From positions 26,050-90,049 of the forward strand of contig NZ_DASRTS010000035.1 of the NCBI RefSeq assembly GCF_035655815.1: DNA of 64,000 nucleotides, given 5' to 3'. Positions 52,878 through 63,861 of this stretch are shown one piece after another (position 1 is the first letter of the stretch; the number at the start of each line of letters is the position of its first letter). Source of the stretch: Lysobacter sp. GTDB taxonomy: Bacteria; Pseudomonadota; Gammaproteobacteria; Xanthomonadales; Xanthomonadaceae. Below the pieces are notes generated by a model, which was not told where the DNA came from, made no database searches, and saw only the letters and a list, made by a program, of their open reading frames with translations. Position numbers and translations under genes: made by a program.

Positions 52878-53363
52878 TCAACGTACCCGCCAGCGGCCAT
52901 GCCGCATCGAATCCAGCGCCACGTACACCAGCGGCCATAGCAGCATGCCGGTCAGTGGCGAGAGCCAGTACGACGGCGACAGGGTCGGCGCGCCCACGGC
53001 GACGTGCACCGCCGCGGTCACGATGCGGTCGTTGAGCAACAGGCCGCCGATGGCCAGCGCCTGCTGCGACATCGGGAAGAAGCGCAACCGCGCGCGGAAG
53101 CGCTGCAGGATGTAGGTCATCACGACCAGCCGCAGCGCATGCTCGCCGAGCAGGCCGCCGTAGACCAGGTCGCCGAGCAGGCCGACCAGGAACGCCGCGC
53201 CCAGGCCGAAGCGGTCGGGGTCCTCGATCACCCAGTAGGCCAGCACCAGCGCCAGCCAGTACGGGCGTAGCGGCTGCGCCACCTCTGGCAGCGGCAGCAG
53301 GCCCAGCAGCAGGGCCACCGCCAGGCTCACCGACACCACCCATTGCGGTCGGGCGCGCGTCAT
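52878..53363 (-). CDS. mreD: Rod shape-determining protein MreD
   Basis: 161-aa polytopic membrane protein between mreC and mrdA. Its start overlaps the mreC stop. Confidence 0.85.
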   Translation of the reverse strand: MTRARPQWVVSVSLAVALLLGLLPLPEVAQPLRPYWLALVLAYWVIEDPDRFGLGAAFLVGLLGDLVYGGLLGEHALRLVVMTYILQRFRARLRFFPMSQQALAIGGLLLNDRIVTAAVHVAVGAPTLSPSYWLSPLTGMLLWPLVYVALDSMRHGRWRVR

Positions 53364-54472
53364 CGGCGCACCTCCGGCGGGTTCTGTTCCGACCCGCGGC
53401 GCGCTGGCGCGGGTGTCGAGGGTTGCGGAGCAGGCGTGGCCGGCGATCGAGAGGCGCCATTGGCGGGCGGCGTCGCCGGCGTGGCCGGTGCAATTGCCGG
53501 AGCGGTTCCACCCGGCTGCGACGGATTTGCGGCCGAGGCCGGCGGGTCGGCTGCCGTGCCGGTCGCAGGCGTGGCGCCGGCCCGCTGGGCACCTTCGGCC
53601 TGGTTGAAGGCGGTAGCCGCGGGCAGCGGGTTCGGCATCGACAGCAGCACCAGCACCTCACGGCCACGGTCGAGTTGCGCGGCCGGCTTCACCTCGCCGA
53701 CCAGGAAGGCGCGGCTGTCGTCCGGCTTGAGCGAGGCGATGGTGCCGACCGGGAAGCCCGGCGCGAAGCGACCGCCCAGGCCCGAGGTGACCAGCACGTC
53801 ACCGACCTTCACGTCGCTGGAAAGCGGCACGCTGGTCAGGCGCAGCACGTCGCTGCGGCCCTCGCCGTACACCACCAGGCGCACGCCGTTGCGCGCCACT
53901 GCCACCGGGACCGCGTGCGACGGATCGGTCAGCAGCAGGACGTTGGCGTACATCGGCGTCACCGCGATGACCTGGCCGAGCAGGCCGCCGGAGTCGATCA
54001 CGCTCTGCCCGACCTCGACGCGGTCGCGCGTGCCCACGTCCAGCACCAGCCGCTGCCGGGTCGGATCCAGGTCGACATCGAGGACCGGCGCCAGCACCAC
54101 CTCGAGCTTGCCGCGGTCGGCGGCGTCCAGCAGGCCGCGCAGGCGCGCGTTGTCGGCCGCCAACGTGGCAAGCCGCGCCATGCGGGCCTGGTTGAGCATC
54201 AGCTCGTTGCGCAGGCGGCGATTCTCGGCGGTGAGCTGGGTCAGCGTCCCGGCGTCCTCGCGGATGCGCTCGACCGCCTGTCCCGGCCAGCCGGCGACCA
54301 TCCACAGGGGCTGCACCAGCACGGTGAGCTGTTGCCGCGCCCGGGTCAGCCAGCCGCCGCGGTGGTCCAGCACGATCAGCACCACCGCCAAGGCCAGGTA
54401 GGCCAGCAGCTTGAGCGTGCCAGCCACGTCGCCGGTGCGTGCGGAACTGGGAGGACCGGCGTAGGTGGGCAT
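53360..54472 (-). CDS. mreC: Rod shape-determining protein MreC (with Pro/Ala-rich C-terminal tail)
   Basis: N-terminal TM, coiled coil (LTAENRRLRNELM), a beta-barrel core (VVTSGLGGRFPPGFPVG-like VLVTSGLGGRFAPGFPVGT), and position downstream of mreB. Confidence 0.9.
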   Translation of the reverse strand: MPTYAGPPSSARTGDVAGTLKLLAYLALAVVLIVLDHRGGWLTRARQQLTVLVQPLWMVAGWPGQAVERIREDAGTLTQLTAENRRLRNELMLNQARMARLATLAADNARLRGLLDAADRGKLEVVLAPVLDVDLDPTRQRLVLDVGTRDRVEVGQSVIDSGGLLGQVIAVTPMYANVLLLTDPSHAVPVAVARNGVRLVVYGEGRSDVLRLTSVPLSSDVKVGDVLVTSGLGGRFAPGFPVGTIASLKPDDSRAFLVGEVKPAAQLDRGREVLVLLSMPNPLPAATAFNQAEGAQRAGATPATGTAADPPASAANPSQPGGTAPAIAPATPATPPANGASRSPATPAPQPSTPAPARRGSEQNPPEVRR

Positions 54473-54637
54473 CGTGGCCGGGAGTCGGGAACCGGTTAGA
54501 GGGAATCGTCAGAGCGTCGCGTCTGTACGCGTGTCGTCGCCGGGCGGAGATGCAGGCCCGGCGCGGTCGGAAACCGGGCGGAAGCGCATTGCGGGACACG
54601 CCGCAACCATTCCCCTTCCCGGTTCCCCATTCCCGGC

Positions 54638-55729
<1,092 letters not shown>

Positions 55730-55960
55730 CTATCAACGCCCCCCTTGTCGAGCAAGGAAAAAACCTGCATTTCCGGGCACTTCGTGCCCTGCGCCGTCAC
55801 CTGAACGAGCCCATCGCCCGCGGCGGCCCCGCCGGTCCGGCTGGCCGGCCGCTGCCCCAGCCGCTACCCTAGCGCCCGCGCGCCACCGTGGCCGCCGTCA
55901 CGCGAACCCTCGCACCGCTTCGCCCGCTCCGCGCGGGCATCAACACTGGGTGACTTTCCG

Positions 55961-56893
55961 ATGTCTGCACTGATCTGCGGCTCGCTGGCCTACGACACCA
56001 TCATGGTGTTCCCGGACCAGTTCAAGAACCACATCCTGCCGGACAAGGTGCACATCTTGAATGTGTCCTTCTTGGTGCCGCGGATGCGCCGCGAATTCGG
56101 CGGCTGCGCCGGCAACATCGCCTACAACCTCAAGCTGCTGGGCGGCGATCCGATCCCGATGGCGACCGTCGGCCAGGACTTCGGTCCGTATCGCGAGCAC
56201 TTCGAGCATTGCGGCATCAACCTGTCGCAGGTGAAGGAGATCGAAGAACTGTTCACGCCGCAGGCCTTCATCACCACCGACCACGACAACAACCAGATCA
56301 CCGCGTTCCATCCCGGCGCGATGATGCGCAGCTACGAGAACCACGTGAAGGACGTGAAGGGCGTGACGTTCGGCATCGTCAGCCCCGACGGTCGCGAAGG
56401 CATGCTGCAGAACGCGAAGGAATTCGCCGAGGCCGGCATTCCCTTCATCTTCGACCCGGGCCAGGCCATGCCGCTGTTCAACGGCGAGGAGCTGCGCAAC
56501 TTCATCGAACTGGCCGACTACGTCACCGTCAACGACTACGAGTCGAACCTGCTGCAGGAGCGCACCGGCTGGAGCGAGAACGACATCGTCAAGCGCGTGA
56601 AGGCCTACATCACCACGCGCGGTCCGCACGGCTCGCAGATCCACACGCCCGACAAGACCTATGACGTGCCGCCCGCGCACGAGCGCCGCGTCACCGATCC
56701 GACCGGCTGCGGCGACGCGTTCCGCGCCGGCCTGATCTACGGCATCGAGAAGGGCTACGACTGGCTGACCATCGGCCGCATGGGCAACCTGATGGGCGCG
56801 CTGAAGGTCGAGCATCCGGGCACGCAGAACCAGCGCTTCGACTTCGAAGAGTTCAGCGAGCAGTTCAAGCAGCAGTTCGGTTACGCGCTGTAA
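55961..56893 (+). CDS. PfkB-family carbohydrate/nucleoside kinase (adenosine kinase-like)
   Basis: GGCAGNIAYNL N-terminal motif and DPTGCGDAFRAG C-terminal PfkB signature. Confidence 0.85.
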   Translation: MSALICGSLAYDTIMVFPDQFKNHILPDKVHILNVSFLVPRMRREFGGCAGNIAYNLKLLGGDPIPMATVGQDFGPYREHFEHCGINLSQVKEIEELFTPQAFITTDHDNNQITAFHPGAMMRSYENHVKDVKGVTFGIVSPDGREGMLQNAKEFAEAGIPFIFDPGQAMPLFNGEELRNFIELADYVTVNDYESNLLQERTGWSENDIVKRVKAYITTRGPHGSQIHTPDKTYDVPPAHERRVTDPTGCGDAFRAGLIYGIEKGYDWLTIGRMGNLMGALKVEHPGTQNQRFDFEEFSEQFKQQFGYAL

Positions 56894-57019
56894 GAAGCCG
56901 GGAATCGGGAACGGAGAACCGGGAATCGTACGAGCGGGTTACGGCTCGCTCTCTGGTTCCCGCCTTTGGCTCTCGATACCAGCCAGCGAATCGCGCGCAA
57001 GCTTGGGCTTCGCGCGCGC

Positions 57020-57047
57020 CACGATTCACGATTCACGATTCACGATT
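57020..57047. repeat. Heptanucleotide tandem repeat (CACGATT) x4
   Basis: Four exact consecutive units read directly from the sequence, lying between convergent gene ends (56893 and 57059). Confidence 0.9.
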
Positions 57048-57058
57048 CCCGGCGATCG

Positions 57059-57526
57059 TCACATCATGTGCGCCAGCCAGAGCATCTCCGGCGCGGCGAG
57101 GCGTTCGAATTCCGCATAGGGCATGCGCACCACTTCGGTGTGGTTGCCGGCGTTGAACGCGATTTCCTGCTGATGCGCCAGGCGTGAGTCGATGTACACC
57201 GGCATGCCGTACAGGTGGCCGAAAGGCGGCATGGCGCCGGGTTCGCAATCGGGAAAGGCGTCGCGGAATTCGCTTTCCTCGGCCAGTTCCACGGGCACGC
57301 CGCCCAGCGCGAGCGAGAGCCGGTACAGGTCGGCGCGATACGTCGCGGGCATGACGACCATGGCGAGCTTGCCGTCGGCCTTGATCATCACCGTCTTGGC
57401 GAAGTGATTGGGCTCCACGCGCGCGGCCGATGCGGTCTCGTGCGCGGTGACGGTGCGCGGATGCGTCAGCGTCGTGTATGGCGCTTGGCCTTGGTCGAGC
57501 AGGTTGTGCAGTCGTGGGGAGAGCAT
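57059..57526 (-). CDS. YbaK/EbsC-like aminoacyl-tRNA editing-domain protein
   Basis: 155 aa with a GGAGGA RBS. The FAKTVMIKADGKLAMVVMPA...PGAMPPFG pattern is typical of the YbaK/ProX deacylase fold. Confidence 0.6.
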   Translation of the reverse strand: MLSPRLHNLLDQGQAPYTTLTHPRTVTAHETASAARVEPNHFAKTVMIKADGKLAMVVMPATYRADLYRLSLALGGVPVELAEESEFRDAFPDCEPGAMPPFGHLYGMPVYIDSRLAHQQEIAFNAGNHTEVVRMPYAEFERLAAPEMLWLAHMM

Positions 57527-57792
57527 GGCGTCCTCCACGTGGCGCAGCAGCGCTTCCACTCGCGGCCGTGCCGTCGATGAACCCGGCACGCGCTTCCGTT
57601 GCACGCGCCGCCCGATGCGTGTGCTGCCCGCATCGGTTCCGAGCTTACGGGCACGACCGTAAGGCGCGCGTGCAGGAATGCGTTCACGTGGGGCGTTTCA
57701 GCGACCGAGTGGTTCTCTTCGGACTTGCCTCTCGCTGTTAGAAGCCGGAGGCCGGGAAAATTCGCCCTCCATTCGCAATCGCTGCTGTGGGC

Positions 57793-57925
57793 AATCCCCC
57801 TCGATCCCCCTTTTTCAAAGGGGAGGAAACACCTACTGCGGCTGAAAGTACCTCGACGGCCCATCGCACCGTATCGGCCCCCGGTCTTCTCCCTCCTTTG
57901 AAAAAGGAGGGCCGGGGAGGATTCG
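57793..57925. repeat. Composite REP/BIME-like element, inverted copy of the family seen at 39035-39205
   Basis: AATCCCCCTCGATCCCCCTTTTTCAAAGGGGA (57793-57824) and CCCTCCTTT-GAA-AAAGGAGGG-CCGGGGAGGATTC (57891-57925) are near reverse complements of the two ends of the 39-kb element. Confidence 0.75.
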
Positions 57926-57977
57926 CTTCTGCCTCGGACGCCTTCAGGTTCTGCGTATCAGCAAGCGGCACGATCCT

Positions 57978-58217
57978 TTACTGATCGAACTCCTCCGCCA
58001 TCCGCTCAAGCCATTGCGGCAGATCGCGCCGACGTACCCGAAGCCGTCGCGCTTCGGCCAGGCGCTCCAGCATGTACGCGCGCCGCGCCTCGTCTTCGCC
58101 TGCCAGGCGCAGTGCGAGGTCGCGGTCCATCCAGCCGCGGATCTTCCAGTACAGCCCTGCGTGCAATGCGATCACCAGCACCGTGGTGATCACGACGATG
58201 ACGTAGGCGATGTTCAC
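57978..58217 (-). CDS. Small single-TM membrane protein, hypothetical
   Basis: 79 aa with an N-terminal helix (IAYVIVVITTVLVIALHAGLYW) and a charged tail. It lies 18 nt downstream of the preceding gene in the same operon. Confidence 0.5.
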   Translation of the reverse strand: MNIAYVIVVITTVLVIALHAGLYWKIRGWMDRDLALRLAGEDEARRAYMLERLAEARRLRVRRRDLPQWLERMAEEFDQ

Positions 58218-58235
58218 GCCGGACGTCCCACCCGC

Positions 58236-58961
58236 TCAGTTCCACTTCGGCAGCTTGTTCGCGTCCAGTCCTCCCACTTCGAACACTGCCGTACGCGTAC
58301 CGCCGGCCTTCACCGGAAACTCGATCGCGATGACTTTCGCGCCCTTCACGGTGCGCCACAGCATCTTCTCGTCTTCGATGAACATCGCGATGGCCTCGTC
58401 GGTCTTTGGCCGGCTCGCGTCCACCGGCTTCGGCTCGGCGTCGTCGACCTTCAGGCTCACCTTGCAACCGCCGTAGCAGTCGAAATCACCCTTCTCCAGC
58501 ACCAGGTAGCTGCTGCGGCCCCAGTCGGGGTGATCGCGGAAGATCAGCTGCACCGGGCGCGCGCCGCTGCCGTCCGTGTCGACATGGTCCTTGGCGTAGA
58601 TCGACGCGGACAGTTGCTCGCCGCCTTTCACCGGCTGCGTCTGGTAGGTCCACAGCACGCTCAGCCGGCGTTGTTCACGCGCCTGCGTGGCGCGGCCCTT
58701 CACTTCGTTGTAGCGCTCTTCGATGCGCGCCGCGGCGGCGCTGGACGGATATTTCGACATCAGCACGTCGCCGTGCGCGCGCGCGAGTTCCCAGTTCTGC
58801 CTGCCGTACTCCGCCTCGAAGGCCTTCGCCATTTCCTCGGCGGCCTGCTCCTGCGCGGCGGCCTGCGCCGCGGCTTCGGCCTTGGGGTCCTGCGCCGGCT
58901 GGCATGCCGCGAGCACGCCTGCAAGCACGAGCACCGGAACCTGCAATGCGGAGTGTTTCAT
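58236..58961 (-). CDS. Hypothetical lipoprotein
   Basis: 241 aa. Lipobox LAGVLAAC, an Ala/Gln/Glu-rich helical region, then a beta-rich domain with CYGGC. Its ATG overlaps the upstream stop (ATGA). Confidence 0.6.
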   Translation of the reverse strand: MKHSALQVPVLVLAGVLAACQPAQDPKAEAAAQAAAQEQAAEEMAKAFEAEYGRQNWELARAHGDVLMSKYPSSAAAARIEERYNEVKGRATQAREQRRLSVLWTYQTQPVKGGEQLSASIYAKDHVDTDGSGARPVQLIFRDHPDWGRSSYLVLEKGDFDCYGGCKVSLKVDDAEPKPVDASRPKTDEAIAMFIEDEKMLWRTVKGAKVIAIEFPVKAGGTRTAVFEVGGLDANKLPKWN

Positions 58962-59932
58962 CGTCCCCTTCCTCGTTCGATCAGCATGATCACGGCCTGC
59001 GCGACCGCATCGGGTTGCTCCACCAGCGACATGTGGCCGCAGCCGTCGAGCAGCACGCGCTGCGCCTGCGGCATGCGCTCGCCATAGATGGCCAGCGCAC
59101 TGAGGTCGATCACCGCGTCCTGCCGGCACCATAGCAACATCGCCGGCTGACGGATGTCGGCGGCGGCCTCGCCGGGCAGGAAGCGCTCTTCGCCACGGCC
59201 GATGCGGTCGAGCACGCGTTGCTCGAATGCCGCATCGCGCCTACGCCGCTCGATGTAGATGCCGTCCACCGGCCACGGAATCACGGGTTTGGTCGCGTCG
59301 TCCTCGAACACCGTGTCCAGATAGCGTTGCAGGGATGCCTCGTCGCTCACCGCGAACGGGTTGCGCCCGGCCAGCACGTCCTCGCCGAAGCGGTTGTCGT
59401 TGAAGCGCACGCCGGCGGCGTCCAGCAGGCCGACGCGCGTCACCTGCTTCGGATGGCGAGCGGCCGTCAACGCCGCGATGCCGCCACCCATTGAATGCCC
59501 CAGCAGCACGACGCCCTCGCCCGCCACCGCATCGATGAAGTCGGCGACGCGATCGCTCTGCGCGTAAAATCCGTAATCGGCGCCCTCGATGCGCCCGCTC
59601 TCACCCCAGCCCGGCAGGTCGGGAATGATCAGGCGATAGCGTCCCTGCAGGCGCCTGGCGACCGGATACCAGTTCTCCTTGCTGCCGGTGAAGCCGTGCA
59701 GCATCACGACGACAGGCGCGCCTTCGGGCGCGTCGTCGCTGTAGGCGTACACCCAGCGGTGGTCGCCCACCTGCACGTGCGCCTTGGACAAACCCGCGGC
59801 GATGCGCTGGCGGGTGAAGTCGCCGCTGATGAGGGCGTACGGGTTGCGCCACAGCAGCGCGGCGGCGATGAGCAGGAGCGCAATGAGCGCGACGGAGACG
59901 ATGCGGAGTTTGCGGTGGCTTGCCACGGTCAC
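58958..59932 (-). CDS. Alpha/beta-fold hydrolase with N-terminal membrane anchor
   Basis: HGFTGSK oxyanion region, GHSMGG nucleophile elbow, and a C-terminal GCGHMS (His) motif. Confidence 0.85.
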   Translation of the reverse strand: MTVASHRKLRIVSVALIALLLIAAALLWRNPYALISGDFTRQRIAAGLSKAHVQVGDHRWVYAYSDDAPEGAPVVVMLHGFTGSKENWYPVARRLQGRYRLIIPDLPGWGESGRIEGADYGFYAQSDRVADFIDAVAGEGVVLLGHSMGGGIAALTAARHPKQVTRVGLLDAAGVRFNDNRFGEDVLAGRNPFAVSDEASLQRYLDTVFEDDATKPVIPWPVDGIYIERRRRDAAFEQRVLDRIGRGEERFLPGEAAADIRQPAMLLWCRQDAVIDLSALAIYGERMPQAQRVLLDGCGHMSLVEQPDAVAQAVIMLIERGRGR

Positions 59933-59970
59933 CTCATCTCGCCTGATGCCGAAGGACTGCCGCGCCTTGC

Positions 59971-60003
59971 CCCTCCCCTGCTTGCAGGGGAGGGTTGGGT
60001 TGG
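59971..60003. repeat. REP-type palindrome CCCTCCCCTG-CTTG-CAGGGGAGGG followed by TTGGGTTGGG
   Basis: Intergenic copy of the family that also occurs inside mrdA (50868-50905). Confidence 0.7.
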
Positions 60004-60014
60004 GAACCCTTGCC

Positions 60015-61952
60015 TTACTGCTTCGACGGCTGCTTCGCCTTGGCGATGGTCTCTTCGACCGAGGCGGTGGTGATCGGGTGATAGCCCGGACGCGCCTTGG
60101 CGAAGGTTTCTTCCGCCAGCTTCAGGCCTTCGGGCGTCTTAACCAGTTCGCTGTAGGTCGGCATGATCAACTTGCGGCGGCCGACGCGGGTGATGAACTC
60201 CGCCGCAGCCTGGTTGGCCTGCGTGTATGCGCTGCGCACCGCCAGCGGATACCAGCGCTGCGCGATCTCGCCGTTGGGCGTGCCGGTGAAGTGGAACGCG
60301 CCATCCAGCGCGGCCAGCTGTTCGGGCTTGAGCGTCTGCGGCATGCCGTCGATGAAGTGCACCCATTCCTGCGTGCTCCACTTCGCGGTGGCGTCCGATG
60401 CAGGCAGCGTGCCGGTGTCGAGCCAGGCCTTGCGCGCGGCGTCCACCGCGTCGAAGCGCGGCGACACGGTCTTCGGCGCACTGGCCGGCACGCCCGGCTG
60501 GTAGATCCACTCGTCCAGTTCGGCCTCGGTGACCTTGCCCGGATACTTGTCCAGCAGGTTCGCCTTGGCGTACTCGATGAACTTGGTGGTCGGGATCGAC
60601 TGGAACGCGAAGTGGTTGAAGTACTCCTTCAGGAACGGATCGAACGCCTCGCGGCCGAAACGCTCCTCCAGGAACTGCAGGAACCACGCGCCCTTGGTGT
60701 ACACGGTGGAGCTGCTGGCGCCATCGGGATCGGACAGCGTGCCCGGACGTAGCGCCAGCACCTGCAGCTTCGGGTCGATTTCCTTGTACTCGGCGGCCAG
60801 TTCGTTGCGCGAGATCACCTTCTCCATGTCGGCCGCTTCCTTGCCGTACAGGTCCTCGACGATGCGGTTCTCGACGTAGCTGGTGAAGCCTTCGTTGAGC
60901 CAGCCGTCCTTCGGCGTGGAGAACGTCACCAGGTTGCCCGACCAGCTATGCGCGAGTTCATGCGCGACCAGCGACACCAGCGACTTGTCGCCGACGATCA
61001 CGGTGGGCGTGGCAAAGGTCAGGCGCGGATTTTCCATGCCGCCGTACGGGAACGAGGGCGGCAGCACGAGGATGTCGTAGCGCTCCCAGCGGTACGGGCC
61101 GTACAGGCGCTCGGCGGTGGCCATCATCTTCTCGGTGTCGGCGAACTCGGTGGCGGCCTTGCTCACCATCCCCGGCTCTGCCCAAACGCCGGCGCGTGCG
61201 CTGATCGGCTGGAAGGTGAGGTCGCCCGCGGCGATCGCCAGCAGGTACGACGGGATCTTCTGCGGCATCTTGAAGGTGTAGTCGCCGTCGCGCGCCGCCT
61301 TCGGGTCGTTGTCGGCGCTCATCAGCACCATCGTGTCCTGCGGTGAGGTCACGTGCGCGGTGTAGGTGAAGCGCACGCGCGGCGTGTCCTGCAGCGGCAC
61401 CCACGAACGCGCGTGGATCTGCTGCGACTGGCTGAACATGAAGGGCGACTTCTTGCCCTGGGTCATTTCCGGCGTCAGCCACTGCAGGCCCGATGCGTCC
61501 GGCGAGGTGCGGTAGGTCACGCGGATGCGCGGATTGCGCTGCGGCGTCTGGATGGTGAGCTTGCTGCCCAGCACCTTGTCCTTGTCGGCCAGCGCGAACT
61601 CCAGGTCTTCCCACTTGCCGTCGCTGCGCTCGCCGACGACCTTCTCGACGGTGATGTCGCGCGTGTCCAGGACCAGCTGCGTGGCCTTCGCATCCAGCCA
61701 GTTGAGCGTGTAGGTGGCGCTGCCGGCCAGCTGCTTCTGGTCGAAGTCGACCTTCAGTTCCAGCGCGAGATCCTCGATGCGGACCTTGTCCGGCTCGGAG
61801 TACGAGTACTCGTCCACTTCGGCGACGGTCTTCTGGTCGGCGGTCACGGCGGCGGCCTCCTTGCTGGCGGTGTCGGCGGGCGGCGCGGCATCGCGCGAGC
61901 AACCGGCGGCGAGAGCGGCGGCAAGGCACAGGGAGAGGATCGAATAACGCAT
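60015..61952 (-). CDS. M1-family zinc aminopeptidase (leukotriene A4 hydrolase-like), lipoprotein
   Basis: Lipobox LAAGCS, GGMENP exopeptidase motif, HELAHSWSGN-x18-E zincin motif, and a C-terminal Leuk-A4-hydro_C-like helical domain. Confidence 0.9.
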   Translation of the reverse strand: MRYSILSLCLAAALAAGCSRDAAPPADTASKEAAAVTADQKTVAEVDEYSYSEPDKVRIEDLALELKVDFDQKQLAGSATYTLNWLDAKATQLVLDTRDITVEKVVGERSDGKWEDLEFALADKDKVLGSKLTIQTPQRNPRIRVTYRTSPDASGLQWLTPEMTQGKKSPFMFSQSQQIHARSWVPLQDTPRVRFTYTAHVTSPQDTMVLMSADNDPKAARDGDYTFKMPQKIPSYLLAIAAGDLTFQPISARAGVWAEPGMVSKAATEFADTEKMMATAERLYGPYRWERYDILVLPPSFPYGGMENPRLTFATPTVIVGDKSLVSLVAHELAHSWSGNLVTFSTPKDGWLNEGFTSYVENRIVEDLYGKEAADMEKVISRNELAAEYKEIDPKLQVLALRPGTLSDPDGASSSTVYTKGAWFLQFLEERFGREAFDPFLKEYFNHFAFQSIPTTKFIEYAKANLLDKYPGKVTEAELDEWIYQPGVPASAPKTVSPRFDAVDAARKAWLDTGTLPASDATAKWSTQEWVHFIDGMPQTLKPEQLAALDGAFHFTGTPNGEIAQRWYPLAVRSAYTQANQAAAEFITRVGRRKLIMPTYSELVKTPEGLKLAEETFAKARPGYHPITTASVEETIAKAKQPSKQ

Positions 61953-62065
61953 GCGGAATCCACGCAGGACAAGGGTGAGCGGCCGAGTTTAGCGCCTCCG
62001 CGCCGGCGGCTCGAATGGCGGAAGCTCACATTCCGCCCATCTCCGGGCCTCTACCTTGCGGCCCC

Positions 62066-63757
62066 ATGAGCCCGCATTCCGCCCTGGGAGATTCCGGCAA
62101 CCGCTGGGCCGCGGCGGCCCTCCCCTTCGTGCTGGCGACCACGCTGGCCGCCTGTGTCGCGCCACATGGCCGCGAGCAGGCACCGTCCGCCGCCGCACCG
62201 GTCACGCCCGACCTCGCCTACCCCGAGCTGTTCGACGCCGTGCAAAGGCGGCCGCTGTTTGCGGACCAGAAGACCTTCGCCGACGCGCGCCCGCTGCGTG
62301 ATCCCGCGCGTATCCGCGCCGACTATCTGGCGCAGCGCGATGCGCCGGGTTTCGACCTGCAGACGTTCGTCGCGCGCGAGTTCGCGCTTCCCGCACCGGC
62401 GCAGACCACGCACGTCGAACCCGGACGCAACGTGCAGGAACACATCGACCGCCTGTGGCCGGCACTGACGCGACGCAATCCGCCGCCTCGACCCGGTGAT
62501 AGCCTGCTGACGCTGCCGCAGCCCTACGTCGTGCCCGGCGGGCGCTTTCGCGAGATGTACTACTGGGACTCGTACTTCACCATGCTCGGCCTGGTCGAAA
62601 GCGGCGAGCACGAACGCTCGCGACAGATGCTCGCCAACTTCGCGTTCCTCATCGACGCGTACGGCCACATTCCCAACGGCACGCGCAGCTATTACCTCAG
62701 CCGCTCGCAGCCGCCGTTCTTCTCGCACATGGTCGAACTGGAGGCGCGCGTCGAAGGCGACGCCATCCTCGTGCGCTACCTGCCGCAACTGCGGCGCGAA
62801 CATGCGTGGTGGATGCAGGGCGAGCAATCGCTGGAACCCGGGCAGGCGACGCGCCGCGTCGTGCGGCTGGCCGACGGAAGCGTACTCAATCGTTACTGGG
62901 ACGACCGCGACACGCCGCGACCGGAAGCCTGGCTGCACGACGTGAAAACCGCCGCAAGCGTGCCACAGCGCGCGGCCGCCGAGGTGTATCGCGACCTGCG
63001 CGCGGGCGCCGAAAGCGGATGGGACTATTCCAGCCGATGGCTCGACGATCCACGCACGCTTGGCACCATCCGCACCAGCGCGGTGGTCCCGGTCGACCTC
63101 AACTCGCTGATGCATCACCTGGAAAGGACCATCGCGAAGGCATGCCACAAGGCCGCCGATGCCGCCTGCGTGCGGGAGTTCGACGCACGCGCATCGCGTC
63201 GCCAGGCCGCGATCGAACGGCACCTGTGGAATGCCGCCGGCTATTACACCGACTACGACTGGCAACGCCGCACGTTGCGCACGCCGGTCACCGCCGCGGC
63301 GCTGTATCCGCTGTACACCGGCATCGCGTCGCCGCAGCGCGCGCATCTCACGGCGGTGACGGTGCGCACGCGACTGCTCCGTCCGGGCGGACTGGCCACG
63401 ACCACGCTGCGCACCGGCGAGCAGTGGGACGCACCCAACGCCTGGGCGCCCTTGCAGTGGGTCGGCGTCGAAGGTCTGGAACGCTATGGCGAACACGCAC
63501 TGGCGCGCGACATCGCCGACGGATTCCTGCGCCGCGTGGAAGACGTGTTCCAGCGCGAGCGGCGCCTGGTGGAGAAGTACGACGCCGATGGAGACCAGGG
63601 ACTCGGTGGCGGCGGCGAGTACGCGTTGCAGGACGGCTTCGGCTGGACCAACGGCGTGGTGCGTGCGCTGCTGTCGAAATATCCGCGGCCTGCCCAGACA
63701 ACCGCGCAGCGTGAAGCGAAGGCCGCCGCGGAGTCAGCTGCATCCTCGCAACGGTGA
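62066..63757 (+). CDS. treA: Periplasmic trehalase (GH37)
   Basis: PGGRFREMYYWDSYF and QWDAPNAWAPLQ GH37 signature blocks, plus a signal/lipoprotein-like N-terminus (LATTLAAC). Start at ATG 62066. Confidence 0.9.
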   Translation: MSPHSALGDSGNRWAAAALPFVLATTLAACVAPHGREQAPSAAAPVTPDLAYPELFDAVQRRPLFADQKTFADARPLRDPARIRADYLAQRDAPGFDLQTFVAREFALPAPAQTTHVEPGRNVQEHIDRLWPALTRRNPPPRPGDSLLTLPQPYVVPGGRFREMYYWDSYFTMLGLVESGEHERSRQMLANFAFLIDAYGHIPNGTRSYYLSRSQPPFFSHMVELEARVEGDAILVRYLPQLRREHAWWMQGEQSLEPGQATRRVVRLADGSVLNRYWDDRDTPRPEAWLHDVKTAASVPQRAAAEVYRDLRAGAESGWDYSSRWLDDPRTLGTIRTSAVVPVDLNSLMHHLERTIAKACHKAADAACVREFDARASRRQAAIERHLWNAAGYYTDYDWQRRTLRTPVTAAALYPLYTGIASPQRAHLTAVTVRTRLLRPGGLATTTLRTGEQWDAPNAWAPLQWVGVEGLERYGEHALARDIADGFLRRVEDVFQRERRLVEKYDADGDQGLGGGGEYALQDGFGWTNGVVRALLSKYPRPAQTTAQREAKAAAESAASSQR

Positions 63758-63861
63758 TTTCCGTCGCGCAGGCGGCGCAACGATCCTTCCCGCCAGACCC
63801 CGCTGAAGAGCGCGTGCGGCCTTCCTAGCCTGTCGTCCTTCCTCATCCATGGACATGCGAC

